A DNA stretch of 53,127 bases, taken from the IMG/VR virus record IMGVR_UViG_3300034170_000039, positions 1 through 53,127 of that record; one strand, given 5' to 3'. Source of the DNA: a virus (taxonomy: Duplodnaviria; Caudoviricetes). Under the pieces are notes generated by a model that had not been told where the DNA came from, made no database searches, and worked only from the letters and a program-made list of their open reading frames with translations. The translations under genes were made by a program, and so were the position numbers. This document shows, piece by piece, positions 9,174 to 18,475 of the stretch (positions within the stretch are counted from its first letter, which is position 1; each line of letters opens with the position of its first letter).

Positions 9174-10160
9174 TTATTCACCTACTGGGATTTTGATGGT
9201 CTGGATGCCGTCGAGGCGCGGGTCGGTGATGCTGTTCGCCGCCGCAATCTCGGTCCATCTGGACTGGTCGCCATAGGCGTCGGCTGCGACTTTCTGCAAG
9301 CTGCTGTTGCTGGTGGTGACGCTCGACGTGCCGTTGGCCAGCGGACCGGACAGGACGTTCTTCTGCATCCGGTCCAACACGCTTTGCATCTGATACAGCG
9401 GCGCGAGCTGGGTCAGTGCGGCACTCTGGCGTAGGACGTTGTTGGCGGCGCGGGCTACCGGGTTGCCAGGCACCAAGCCGCCGAGGGTTGTGATGTCGTT
9501 CACCGACGCCCCAACCTGTGCAATCACGGACTGAACAATCGCCTGAGCGGCTACCAGCGGCCGGATCACCGTTTGAACAGTGTTGATTGTCGCGTTAGCG
9601 AACCCCTGGACCTGCGACACCGCGCTTTTCACAGCATTGATGGCCGTTGTGACCGAGCTTGAGTTGATGATGCTGGCCAGGCCTAGAGATTCGCCGACAT
9701 CGCTGTTGATCAGCGCGTCGAGCGTACCGGCCAGGGCGTTTTCGGTAACTGGCGTGTCGAGGCTCGACACAATAACCAACTCAATGGTGTATGGGCGGCG
9801 ATAAACATGCTCAAACCTTGGCGTAAACGATTGGATGACCACGCTGTAGTAATAGCCGTCCATGCTAAATGTCAGGGGGGCCCCGACATCACGCATGGTT
9901 TCAAGCTCGCTAACGCGATCGCCGGCCGTCGCCCCAATAATCCACCCAGACCATGAGAGGTTGTCGTAATCGACGCCCAAGACGTCGACTTTGCGCTTCC
10001 CCCCAACCATCTTGTGGATCACCAGTTGCTGTTTGCCGGCTCCAGGAGAAACTGACTCTGGAACCTCAAGCCCGGTGAACTCAAAATCCCCCAATATCAA
10101 CCTCGTGGCGAACGGGTCCCCGCCCGGGGCGAAGTTGTCCAGGAAGGTGACGAGACTCAT
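9174..10160 (-). CDS. Tail tube initiator/baseplate protein with C-terminal LysM-like domain
   Basis: SLQKVAADAYGDQSRWTEIAAANSITDP...IKIP; follows tape measure. Confidence 0.7.
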   Translation of the reverse strand: MSLVTFLDNFAPGGDPFATRLILGDFEFTGLEVPESVSPGAGKQQLVIHKMVGGKRKVDVLGVDYDNLSWSGWIIGATAGDRVSELETMRDVGAPLTFSMDGYYYSVVIQSFTPRFEHVYRRPYTIELVIVSSLDTPVTENALAGTLDALINSDVGESLGLASIINSSSVTTAINAVKSAVSQVQGFANATINTVQTVIRPLVAAQAIVQSVIAQVGASVNDITTLGGLVPGNPVARAANNVLRQSAALTQLAPLYQMQSVLDRMQKNVLSGPLANGTSSVTTSNSSLQKVAADAYGDQSRWTEIAAANSITDPRLDGIQTIKIPVGE

Positions 10161-10163
10161 CGG

Positions 10164-12179
10164 TTATCCCCTTGGTAGTGCTGTGCTTGGGGTTCCAGGC
10201 ATCAACATGCTGCGAGTCGGGTCGAAGCCCTGTGTGCCGGTGCGCGGCTTGGTTGCAGACTTGGTCATTCGGTCGACTACCACCTCAGCCACGCGCTTGC
10301 CGTCCATGTTCATCTGCACAATGATTGGGTCCCTGCTGTAATCCCTGGCCGGGACGGGAGCGACAAGCTGGGCGGCCCCAGGAACGGTTTTTCTGTAGTC
10401 GTCGGCGAAGGTAGTCTTCGAGATCTGCATCGACGCCGGCAGGATGGTGTTGGCGCCTGCAATCAGCGTGTTGAAGATCGTCTGCCAGCCGGTCAGGAAC
10501 ACCAGCGCGAAGGACTTGAAAGCCCCGCCGATATCACCGTGAAAGAGCTGAATAAAACCGGTCTTCATGTCGCTCCACATCAGCTTCAGCGCCCCGCTGA
10601 TCTCCGACCAGTTGTTCCAGAGCAGGAAGGCGGCGGCGGCGATTGCAGTGACGACCAGGCCGATCGGGTTCAGCAGCAGCGCGCGGCCCAGGAACAGGAT
10701 GGCCTTGCCCACATTCATGGTGAACATGACCAAATACGTCCCCATCCTTGCGAGCCACGGAATGAGTGGGGCGAGACCACCGGTTGCGACGAAGAACAAG
10801 GCCTGCCCAAGCAACACGAACCCGCGCCCCGCGGCGATGATCATGTTGATCAGGCCGCCGGTGATCAGGAATGCCGACAACCCCATGAAGGCGTATGTCA
10901 GCGCCCTGACTTTGCCCGGGTTGGCGTCGATCCAGACGGTCAGGTTCTTGATGGCGTTATTGAGACCATCCACGGCCCTGATAGCCAGGGGCAGGATCAC
11001 CTCGCCGAGCTTGAGCTGCAGGTCGAGCCACTTCTTGTCCAGCTCAATCAGCTTGCCGGTAAGCGTCTTTTTGGCGTTCGCATCAAGTTCATCAATTCCG
11101 GCGGCACCGCTGTTCAGCTTGAAGTTCTTCGCGATGTTCGCCTGTTGCAGGTACATCGTCGAATAGAGCTGTGAGGCGGTGCGGTTCGTGAAGATGGCGC
11201 CGATTTCGTTGAGGATCGCCTGCTTGTCAGTGATCCCCTTGCTGGCAAACGCAGGCAGCATGACCGTCTGCATCCACTTCATGGGGTCAGAGATCATGAT
11301 GTCGCTACCCGACACGGCGCCGGGCTTGATCTGCTTGATGTTGCCGACCTTGTCGTAGTCGACCATTTTCGGATTGAGCATCCCGATGCGCATCAGCTCG
11401 TTGGCTGCGCGCTGGGTGGTGCGGCCCTGTACCAAGTTCTGATAGGCCGACATCAGGCCTGTACCTACGCGGTTGCCGCCCATCTCCTGGATCAGCGGTT
11501 CCATGGCGTAGTAGAAGTTTTCGTCCTTCATGCCCTTGGCAGCCACGCCACCGGTTTTGATGAAGTTCAGGTACTCGTTGGCCCCTACCCTGCCGCCGGT
11601 TGCGGTCTGTACGCGTTGGACCATGTTGGCTTGGTTGGTGAATGCTTCCTGGCTGGACAGGCCGCCGCGCATCTCGATGACCTTCAGCATGTCCATGAAG
11701 GCTCGGTCTTTCATGGCGCCGCCTTCATCGCCGTACAGCGCGGCGTTGGCAAATTTCATCTTCGCCAGGAGCGGTGTCACCATCTGCGCTTCGTGGAAGT
11801 CGCCGAAAACCGTCTGGGCGTCACGCAGCAGCCCGAGGTTTTCCCGGATGCTGGTGCCGTAGGTATCCATGCCGCTGGCGAACTTCACCGCGTCGGCGGT
11901 TACTTTGTCGCCCAGGCCAAGGGAGCGGAAGCGTTCCGTCTCGTTTTGGAATTTCTTCGCCTCGTCCAGCGGGCCTTTGAACATCGCAGCCAGGCCCAGG
12001 CCGCCGGCGAACATCGCGGCGCCAATCGCGCCCTGCTTACCGATCGAGGCCAGCTTTGCATTCAGCTTGTCGACGTCACCACCGGTAGAGGCCAGGCTCT
12101 TGCTTATCATGGCCATGCCAGCGCTGACGTGGTTGATCAACGACAGCTTGACAGCGACGGAATACGCCTCAAATGCCAT
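10164..12179 (-). CDS. Tail tape measure protein
   Basis: 671 aa, Ala/Gly-rich helical, LLLNPIGLVVTAIAAAAFLLWNNW motif. Confidence 0.88.
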   Translation of the reverse strand: MAFEAYSVAVKLSLINHVSAGMAMISKSLASTGGDVDKLNAKLASIGKQGAIGAAMFAGGLGLAAMFKGPLDEAKKFQNETERFRSLGLGDKVTADAVKFASGMDTYGTSIRENLGLLRDAQTVFGDFHEAQMVTPLLAKMKFANAALYGDEGGAMKDRAFMDMLKVIEMRGGLSSQEAFTNQANMVQRVQTATGGRVGANEYLNFIKTGGVAAKGMKDENFYYAMEPLIQEMGGNRVGTGLMSAYQNLVQGRTTQRAANELMRIGMLNPKMVDYDKVGNIKQIKPGAVSGSDIMISDPMKWMQTVMLPAFASKGITDKQAILNEIGAIFTNRTASQLYSTMYLQQANIAKNFKLNSGAAGIDELDANAKKTLTGKLIELDKKWLDLQLKLGEVILPLAIRAVDGLNNAIKNLTVWIDANPGKVRALTYAFMGLSAFLITGGLINMIIAAGRGFVLLGQALFFVATGGLAPLIPWLARMGTYLVMFTMNVGKAILFLGRALLLNPIGLVVTAIAAAAFLLWNNWSEISGALKLMWSDMKTGFIQLFHGDIGGAFKSFALVFLTGWQTIFNTLIAGANTILPASMQISKTTFADDYRKTVPGAAQLVAPVPARDYSRDPIIVQMNMDGKRVAEVVVDRMTKSATKPRTGTQGFDPTRSMLMPGTPSTALPRG

Positions 12180-12210
12180 AATGAGCTTTCCTTTTGTGGT
12201 GTTGGATCAC

Positions 12211-12408
12211 ATGGCAAATAATCAGCGCACGTATCAGTGGGTGAATGGCCGGATTCAGGACGTGGACGCGGTGGAGGCACCGAGGCGTCAGGGAATGGGC
12301 ATCCAGACGGGCCTACTCGTGTTCACGCTCAGCAGCCTGGTGATGATCTTTGCCGGCGGCGCGCTGGCAGTAGTTGCGGTCATCCTCTACTCAGTCCTTT
12401 TCGGGTGA
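12211..12408 (+). CDS. Small membrane protein (antisense moron gene 1)
   Basis: MANNQRTYQW... 65 aa with hydrophobic C-terminus, filling the gap upstream of tape measure. Confidence 0.55.
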   Translation: MANNQRTYQWVNGRIQDVDAVEAPRRQGMGIQTGLLVFTLSSLVMIFAGGALAVVAVILYSVLFG

Positions 12409-12412
12409 CCAA

Positions 12413-12721
12413 ATGAGAAAAGCAGCAGCTTTTATTGCGTTGGCCGCACTCTCTGGCGCCGTGATGGCGGCCGAGTTGCAGCTCAATGGTGAATATGGGT
12501 GTGAAGATCAGGTGACGCAGCGGTCGCGCCTGGTACTGATGCAGAACATCATGTCCGACAACCCGCACTACGTGGCCCAGCGGGCAGAGATGCGGGAATC
12601 GCTGATCAACCTCTCGACCTACATGTGCAAGCCGCTCAGCGGCAGCTTCAAGGTGATCAAGCGGGAGAGCCCGTACATCCAGGTAAAGACCGACAACGGG
12701 CCGATGTGGGTCACAGAGTAG
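12413..12721 (+). CDS. Secreted protein (antisense moron gene 2)
   Basis: Signal peptide MRKAAAFIALAALSGAVMA; two Cys. Confidence 0.65.
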   Translation: MRKAAAFIALAALSGAVMAAELQLNGEYGCEDQVTQRSRLVLMQNIMSDNPHYVAQRAEMRESLINLSTYMCKPLSGSFKVIKRESPYIQVKTDNGPMWVTE

Positions 12722-13202
12722 AGTCATACCCCAGCGATGCGTGGATCGCCTGGCCGCCGATCAACCCGGCCACCGTCGCGGCGCCCAGCGTTCGGCGGAT
12801 GAACTCCTTGTTTGTCAGCAATGCCGGCCCCATCACTGGGCGCGCCGGCATTTTTGGCGTCCCAAATTCGTGGTAGACCATCTTCGGGTCGGTTGAGCCG
12901 ATGACGGCTTCCAAGATGCCTGTGGTGTGCGTAATGCTGGCCTGCATGGCGCCGCTGGCCAGGAGCGGCGAGTCGGCCGGGTAGCCCATCTTCGCCTTGT
13001 GCTCTTCGGTAGACTCGGCCAGCTCGGCCCAGGCCGGGAAAGGACCAATACCTGCCTGATAGTGGCCGATCTCCGCTTTTGCTGTGCGCTCAACGCGCAC
13101 GGCGCACTTCTCAAGCCCGGCGCGCAGGCTGGCAAGCAATGCCACCTCTTGCCCAGCCATATGCAGCGCCAGGCTGCCCAGGTCTTTGAACTCCGTCATC
13201 AT
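12711..13202 (-). CDS. HK97 gp10-like tail/neck component
   Basis: YHEFGTPKMPARPVMGP motif. Confidence 0.75.
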   Translation of the reverse strand: MMTEFKDLGSLALHMAGQEVALLASLRAGLEKCAVRVERTAKAEIGHYQAGIGPFPAWAELAESTEEHKAKMGYPADSPLLASGAMQASITHTTGILEAVIGSTDPKMVYHEFGTPKMPARPVMGPALLTNKEFIRRTLGAATVAGLIGGQAIHASLGYDSTL

Positions 13203-13393
13203 TTGTTCTCAACAAATTCGTGCGTGAACCAGTTGAAGGTCGAATTCACCTCGATCTCAGAAAAGACGACCGAAAACGCCATGAGCTCGTAGGGGGATAG
13301 GCTTTCGCACCCATCAAAAACAACGCTGAAAGGAACCCCGTTTTTCACCGCCCAGCACTGCTGCCGAAAAACGGGGTCCTTCGTCAGTTTTTT
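13199..13393 (-). CDS. -1 frameshift extension of tail assembly chaperone (G-T type)
   Basis: Slippery A AAA AAC just before the stop; -1 frame open for about 63 codons to a TGA overlapping the next ATG. Confidence 0.8.
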   Translation of the reverse strand, partial: KKLTKDPVFRQQCWAVKNGVPFSVVFDGCESLSPYELMAFSVVFSEIEVNSTFNWFTHEFVENK

Positions 13394-13791
13394 GCGGCGG
13401 CCTGCTCTGCGCTAAGAGCCTGGCTTGAGCTTTCTTCGTCGCGCTTGGCCTTCTCCGCTTCGTATTCGGCCAGCATATGAGCCTCAATAGCCGCATACCC
13501 TTCGGAGCCGAGCTCAGCCAGCACAGAGTCAATCTGCTTGAGGGTTTGAGGCAGTCCGAAGCCGACATCATCGATATAGACAACCGATGCAACAGGGAAG
13601 GCAAAGGCGTTCATATAAGGGCCGTTCGCGGAGAGCTCCCCACCAACCGCCATGATGATCCGCGACTTTTGCAGTGGGTCGAGGGTTCGTAGCTGAATGG
13701 CCCGGCTGCGACTGTCGTGGATCGTGGTGAACTTGGGTTTCTGGTCAACGTGGACCGGTGCTGCTGCTTCGGTAACTTTTACGGTAGCCAT
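13384..13791 (-). CDS. Tail assembly chaperone
   Basis: Follows tube gene; ends in slippery ...GCA AAA AAC TGA. Confidence 0.8.
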   Translation of the reverse strand: MATVKVTEAAAPVHVDQKPKFTTIHDSRSRAIQLRTLDPLQKSRIIMAVGGELSANGPYMNAFAFPVASVVYIDDVGFGLPQTLKQIDSVLAELGSEGYAAIEAHMLAEYEAEKAKRDEESSSQALSAEQAAAKN

Positions 13792-13880
13792 GGGTAAAAC
13801 CTCTGGTCAGTGAGTCGTCAAGGAGCATGGCATGCGGGGTGACGAGTCCCGCGCCCTGCCGGGCTGCCATGCAAACAGGG

Positions 13881-14309
13881 TTAGGAAACTTTTTGACGAC
13901 GGCGGGCGGTGAAGGACATCGACTGACGGATCGTCTTGTCGCCCTCCTTCTTGCCGGCATCCTCAAGCTTCAGGATCACGTGGATATAGCGCCAGGTAGT
14001 TTGGCCGCCACCGACTTCCTGAATGGTCTCGGTGATCGTGGTGGTGCCCTGGTTGACCCCTGCGTAGTAGTCGCTTTCAAACTGCGCCCACCAGTCATCG
14101 AGGGTCGAATCGACGCGCTCAGCTTCGAAGGTGCCGGTCCAGCCTTTAGGGATCATCAGCTCATCGGTTTCTCCGTTGAGCGGTGTAATTTCCTGGCTGG
14201 TGACCTTCGGTTTCGAATCGAAGGACATGATTTTGCTCAGCCTGATCGGGCCATTGGGGGTGTTGATGTCGATCGCGACGTCTTTCCCCGTGTTGTATCC
14301 ACCTTGCAT
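13881..14309 (-). CDS. Tail tube protein
   Basis: About 142 aa directly after sheath; GGAG RBS before MQGGYNT. Confidence 0.78.
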   Translation of the reverse strand: MQGGYNTGKDVAIDINTPNGPIRLSKIMSFDSKPKVTSQEITPLNGETDELMIPKGWTGTFEAERVDSTLDDWWAQFESDYYAGVNQGTTTITETIQEVGGGQTTWRYIHVILKLEDAGKKEGDKTIRQSMSFTARRRQKVS

Positions 14310-14324
14310 GGCGTTCTCCAAACG

Positions 14325-14349
14325 AAAAACCCGGCGCTAGGCCGGGCTT
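14325..14349 (-). terminator. Intrinsic terminator between sheath and tube
   Basis: CCCGGC/GCCGGG stem plus U-tract. Confidence 0.55.
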
Positions 14350-14366
14350 GATAGTGGTTTCGTCGC

Positions 14367-15926
14367 TTACGCGGCGCGGGGGGTGGCTGACGCAACGATA
14401 AAGACCGATTGACCGGCCTCGAGATTCACGAGGAAGTAGCGGATCACGGACAGGTACTTCACCTGCACGTCGGCCTGCATGTAGCCCAGGGCAACGCGGG
14501 AATCCGGGTTGTTTGCGGCGTCGATCTGCACCGAAAACGCCGCCCCGCCGTTGACGTCGCCGATCATCCCCTGCTGCACCAGGTTCTGGAGGAAGCTCTC
14601 CATGGTGGACTTGGTGGTGCGGCGCACATCCGGCGTCTGCAACTGGCCGATCACGCCGCCGAACGAGGCTGCAATGGTCAGCGAGATGAAGTTGGTCATC
14701 CGGGTGTAGTTGTCGCCGTTCACCGCCGAGTTGCTGGAGCAGTTCAGGCCGGAACGATGGCCGAAGTAGCTGCCGCCCGGGCACGGGTTGGTGATGACGT
14801 CCAGGCGCGCGGCGTTGATCGCGCCGATCTCGGCAATGCTGTAGGGCTGCTGCGCCAGGTTGCGCTGAGTCGACACGGCGTTGGTGATCGACTTGTTCAG
14901 GGCGTTCTGGTGCGGCGAAAGGGATGCGATCTTGGCGGCAGCAAAGGTAGCCGGTGCGATCATGCGCTGCTGACCGTTGACCTGGTCCTGCCAGTAGACC
15001 CAGTCACCGCACATCACCTTCAGTGCGTAGCTGTCACAGCCGGCTGTAGTCAGCGCGGTGGCGACGGTGGTGTAGGAAGCACCGGCAACGCCCTGGGTTA
15101 CCGGGTAGCAGCCTTCGGACAGGCCGTAGGTCAGCATGGTCGGCCACTGGGTGCTGTCGGTAACGTCGACCAAGTTGGCGACCTGGGCGCCGGTGCCGCG
15201 CAGCGCATACATGCCTTTGCGGGCCGAGCCGATAACGCCGTCCACGCCAACCAGCACGGCGTCAGTCAACGTGGTGTTGCCCGACGTGCCAGACGTGAAC
15301 GCAACGGTCTGGGTCAGCGCGACCGGGGCCAGCGTGGTAGCGCCGACGGTGGCCACGACCAACTGAGACGCGCCGCGAATGCCGGATTGGCCGTTGTTGA
15401 CCGCGCTGACGATGTTCTGCCACAGCGCCAGGCCGGTGCCGGTGATGTTGTCGAACACTTCCGGCGACACGCCAGGCAGCGAAATGGTCAGCTTCCAGCT
15501 CGATGCAGCCGAACCTGTGGCCAGGGTCGCGCTCAGCGAGTTGCCCAGGGTGCCGGTGTAGTAGGCGGTCAGGGTTGCGCCGGTTGCGGCGGCGGTGTCC
15601 TTGAGCGTGCTGGTCGCCGCGGTATCGGTGCCGTCGGTTACCCGCACAGCGCGGATGTTCGAGGCGCCGATCTGGATCGACACAGCGATAGCGGTGCACA
15701 GGTCGTACTTGCGCACGGTCTGGGTGCCGAACTTCTGCGAGGCATCACCGGGCGAGCCGATCAGCGTGGCGCTGTTCACCGGGCCCCAGTCAGCAATGCC
15801 GACGATGCCCAGGATGTCAGTGGCCACGCCGTTGATGTAGCGGGTCTTGGGCGCCACTATTTGGATGTAGAGATCCGGGGCCTGAAGTGCCGCCGTGTTC
15901 AAGCTGCCTGCCGGGTAAATGGGCAT
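14367..15926 (-). CDS. Tail sheath protein
   Basis: PDLYIQ...GIVGIADWGP N-terminus; sheath-type C-terminus (FSVQIDAANNPDSRVALG). Confidence 0.9.
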   Translation of the reverse strand: MPIYPAGSLNTAALQAPDLYIQIVAPKTRYINGVATDILGIVGIADWGPVNSATLIGSPGDASQKFGTQTVRKYDLCTAIAVSIQIGASNIRAVRVTDGTDTAATSTLKDTAAATGATLTAYYTGTLGNSLSATLATGSAASSWKLTISLPGVSPEVFDNITGTGLALWQNIVSAVNNGQSGIRGASQLVVATVGATTLAPVALTQTVAFTSGTSGNTTLTDAVLVGVDGVIGSARKGMYALRGTGAQVANLVDVTDSTQWPTMLTYGLSEGCYPVTQGVAGASYTTVATALTTAGCDSYALKVMCGDWVYWQDQVNGQQRMIAPATFAAAKIASLSPHQNALNKSITNAVSTQRNLAQQPYSIAEIGAINAARLDVITNPCPGGSYFGHRSGLNCSSNSAVNGDNYTRMTNFISLTIAASFGGVIGQLQTPDVRRTTKSTMESFLQNLVQQGMIGDVNGGAAFSVQIDAANNPDSRVALGYMQADVQVKYLSVIRYFLVNLEAGQSVFIVASATPRAA

Positions 15927-15941
15927 GGCGTCCTCCTAATG

Positions 15942-15969
15942 AAAAAGCCGCCTCAGTGGGCGGCTTTTT
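15942..15969. terminator. Bidirectional intrinsic terminator
   Basis: AAAAAGCCGCC-loop-GGCGGCTTTTT. Confidence 0.7.
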
Positions 15970-15987
15970 GTGTGTGGGTTTCGCTTG

Positions 15988-16185
15988 TTAGGCGTTGGCG
16001 ACTTTCAGGACCTTGCCGTCGCAGTCGCCGGCCAATACGGCGGCAACCTCGGTGGCATCGGAGATCTCTTCGCCGACCTGATAGTCAGCGAAGGCGAACT
16101 TGACGATCAGCTTGTAAGGCGATGGCGCTGCCTGAGCCTTTGGGGCCGGCGCAGCGACTGGGGTGTCTGGGGTATCGGAGTCCAT
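15988..16185 (-). CDS. Small hypothetical protein preceding sheath
   Basis: GAGG RBS; slot typical of small sheath-adjacent genes. Confidence 0.6.
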   Translation of the reverse strand: MDSDTPDTPVAAPAPKAQAAPSPYKLIVKFAFADYQVGEEISDATEVAAVLAGDCDGKVLKVANA

Positions 16186-16193
16186 AGCGGGCC

Positions 16194-17015
16194 TCAAGGG
16201 TTTCGAATGATTTCAGGAAGCCCGGTCTGGGCGTTGTCGATTTCCAGCACCGGCGCAATGGCCTCGGCCGCTTGCATCGTTTGCGTTGTTGCGTAATCGA
16301 TCATGTAGAACAGGTCGACCCGATACAGGTCGGCCTTCTGGAGCTGGTCGGTCATCAGCGAGCCGTTTGAACGGATGACGCCGAACGATCCATCGACGAA
16401 CGAGATGTTGTTGCTGTCGGACAGGGCCGAGTCGAGCGGACTGGCTACCGCGTCACGCGCCGCCGGGCTGTTGGCCCAGACGATGACCTGCACCGACTGC
16501 TCCTGGCGCTTCGTTTCCTTGTAGGCCGTGCCGAAGCCACCGACCCTGGCGAGGACCGCATGAGCCCCTGTGAGCGTGATAACCGGTCCAGAGCTAGTCG
16601 CGCCAGGGATCAGGTATGCAAGCGCGGTGGATGCGCTCGTGAGCGTGTCTGACTGCTGCACGGCATAGACATAGCTGGTGCCGTTCAGGTTGATCATGAT
16701 GTTATGGGCGCTGATCGTCCCTGAGAGGGTCACGACTGACCCGGAAACGGTCATCACCAGCGTGTGGACCGGTGCCGTCAGCGGAATCCATGAGCGTCCC
16801 AGGTAGCGGGTCGTGCTGCGGTCCTTGCCGTGCGGATACACGCTGATGTGCGCAATCCCTGCGGCCAGGTCAGCCTCAAGCTGCTCGGGCACAGGCCAGC
16901 CCGGGTAAACCCGAATCGGGAATCCGGCAACGCTTGGCTGCCCGGTGCCGCTCGGGTAGACGATGGCCGCGATCTGGGCCGCGACCTGTTTCAGTGCGTC
17001 GGTAAGGCTCGCCAT
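16194..17015 (-). CDS. Putative tail completion/terminator protein
   Basis: 273 aa between head-tail genes and sheath; call by position. Confidence 0.55.
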   Translation of the reverse strand: MASLTDALKQVAAQIAAIVYPSGTGQPSVAGFPIRVYPGWPVPEQLEADLAAGIAHISVYPHGKDRSTTRYLGRSWIPLTAPVHTLVMTVSGSVVTLSGTISAHNIMINLNGTSYVYAVQQSDTLTSASTALAYLIPGATSSGPVITLTGAHAVLARVGGFGTAYKETKRQEQSVQVIVWANSPAARDAVASPLDSALSDSNNISFVDGSFGVIRSNGSLMTDQLQKADLYRVDLFYMIDYATTQTMQAAEAIAPVLEIDNAQTGLPEIIRNP

Positions 17016-17212
17016 TACGCCAACTCCCAGTCTTCGGCGGTGAAATCTTCGAAGCTGAAGGCGTAGGGATAGCCCTCAGGGTCATGCCGGCGATGAATAG
17101 TCAGGCCGAGGCCGCTGTATCGAATGTAGGCCTCGCCATTCCACGACTTTCGGAGCGCGCAGGCTGCCGGACTGGACTGAAGGTGATTGCGAAACTCGCT
17201 TCCTGTATTCAT
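17015..17212 (-). CDS. DUF2829/Tad2-like small protein
   Basis: RKSWNG and FSFEDFTAEDWE resemble the R.GWNG / S..D.LA.DW motifs of DUF2829. Confidence 0.5.
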   Translation of the reverse strand: MNTGSEFRNHLQSSPAACALRKSWNGEAYIRYSGLGLTIHRRHDPEGYPYAFSFEDFTAEDWELA

Positions 17213-17214
17213 CG

Positions 17215-17853
17215 TCACACCTGCGCCTGCATGGCCGTGCATCGCCAGCCCATGTCCGTGAGCTCAGCGCTCGAAATGATGTATTTGCGGCCCAAATCGC
17301 ACCGAATTACATCGCTGGTGCGCAGAACAATGCCTGGATAGGCGGGCATGAGGATCGCCCACCAAGGAGTGCGCACGTCGAGCGGCAGCTTGGTGTCGTT
17401 CCCCTCGCCTTTTGTGCCCTGCAAGATGCTTGCGGGCCAGCCGGTCATGAGCGGGACCTCTGCTGCCTTGGTGCCACCTGAGTAGGCGCCCAAGCCGACG
17501 CTTTGGTCCTGCACGACATGCGTCACGCTGACAAAGCGATTCGTCTGCACGCAGTAGATCGGCAGCGTGTCCTGCATGGCGGCGACAAAGAACGTGCCTT
17601 GCTGGCCGACGAGGAAGTCACCAGGCTGGAAGGTGCGTGCGTCGAACAGACCAAGCCAAGTGGCCTGGCCGTACTTGTTCGGCGCGGAGTAGCTGAAATT
17701 CGTGGTAAACGACGCAGGCAGCGTCTGCAAAGCGGTTGACGACAGCGGGTTACTGGCGCTCGTGGCGCGAAATTGCTGGTAGTCGAAACCGATACGCTTG
17801 GCTGCCTGCCCGTACCCTTTGTAAATCTTGGCCTGGAGCTTTGTGCCGTCCAT
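17215..17853 (-). CDS. Putative head-tail joining protein
   Basis: Start MDGTKL with AGGAG RBS; position. Confidence 0.55.
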   Translation of the reverse strand: MDGTKLQAKIYKGYGQAAKRIGFDYQQFRATSASNPLSSTALQTLPASFTTNFSYSAPNKYGQATWLGLFDARTFQPGDFLVGQQGTFFVAAMQDTLPIYCVQTNRFVSVTHVVQDQSVGLGAYSGGTKAAEVPLMTGWPASILQGTKGEGNDTKLPLDVRTPWWAILMPAYPGIVLRTSDVIRCDLGRKYIISSAELTDMGWRCTAMQAQV

Positions 17854-17854
17854 A

Positions 17855-18247
17855 TCAGCTCCTGGAGATTCGAGTCCCGCCATTGCCAAGGCTTGGGCCT
17901 GGCGCAATGCCAATGAACGAGCAGAGTTCGCGACGCCAAAGCCTGTAAAGCTTCATGCGGTCGGACACTTCGTTCTTGTTGTGAACCCAAACCGCCGCTT
18001 GATCGGTGTCAAGGTTCTCGGTCGAGTCGGTCACCGCAGTTTCCAGCCCTGAAAGGGTTGTCAGAAACGTGACGATGCGAGCCTCTTCTTCCGGGCGCAG
18101 GGTTGAGAGCCGGTGATAAAGCGTCTGCCAGGTGCCTGGCGAGACCCAGCCATAAGCCAGGTCGCGGCTATTGTCAGCAATGGTGTCACCAAGCATCGGG
18201 TAGCCAATGAAGCGCCGAACGTCGGCCAATTGCTGATCAGTTAGCAT
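17855..18247 (-). CDS. Putative head-tail connector/adaptor
   Basis: 130-aa helical protein after capsid; position. Confidence 0.55.
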   Translation of the reverse strand: MLTDQQLADVRRFIGYPMLGDTIADNSRDLAYGWVSPGTWQTLYHRLSTLRPEEEARIVTFLTTLSGLETAVTDSTENLDTDQAAVWVHNKNEVSDRMKLYRLWRRELCSFIGIAPGPSLGNGGTRISRS

Positions 18248-18430
18248 TTACTCGGCCTCTTTCGCCGGAACCCAGCCACCGGAGTAGTAGTTATGCACTT
18301 CGTCAGGATGAACCTGGGCCGTGTGCGGAGCGCTGTATACGTCCGGATCGCGAACCATGCTCACGTAGGCAATATCGTCAGCGGCAACTTCAGCTACACC
18401 GTCGTCGGTACCATCAGATTTTTTAGCCAT
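18248..18430 (-). CDS. Small hypothetical protein after capsid
   Basis: GGAG RBS; abuts next gene. Confidence 0.6.
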   Translation of the reverse strand: MAKKSDGTDDGVAEVAADDIAYVSMVRDPDVYSAPHTAQVHPDEVHNYYSGGWVPAKEAE

Positions 18431-18475
18431 GATCTTCTCCATGAATGGCCGCCAGTCGCCCAGCGGCCAGGGCGA

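Noticed and set aside
13314-13604. 96-aa ORF as the chaperone frameshift partner
   Set aside because: It is the other alternative frame; the slippery heptamer leads into the -1 frame ending at 13199
14409-16103. 564-aa + strand ORF (also 18293..19618, 21975..22787, 47967..49010)
   Set aside because: Antisense shadows of high-GC sheath, capsid, terminase and methyltransferase genes; no RBS or motifs
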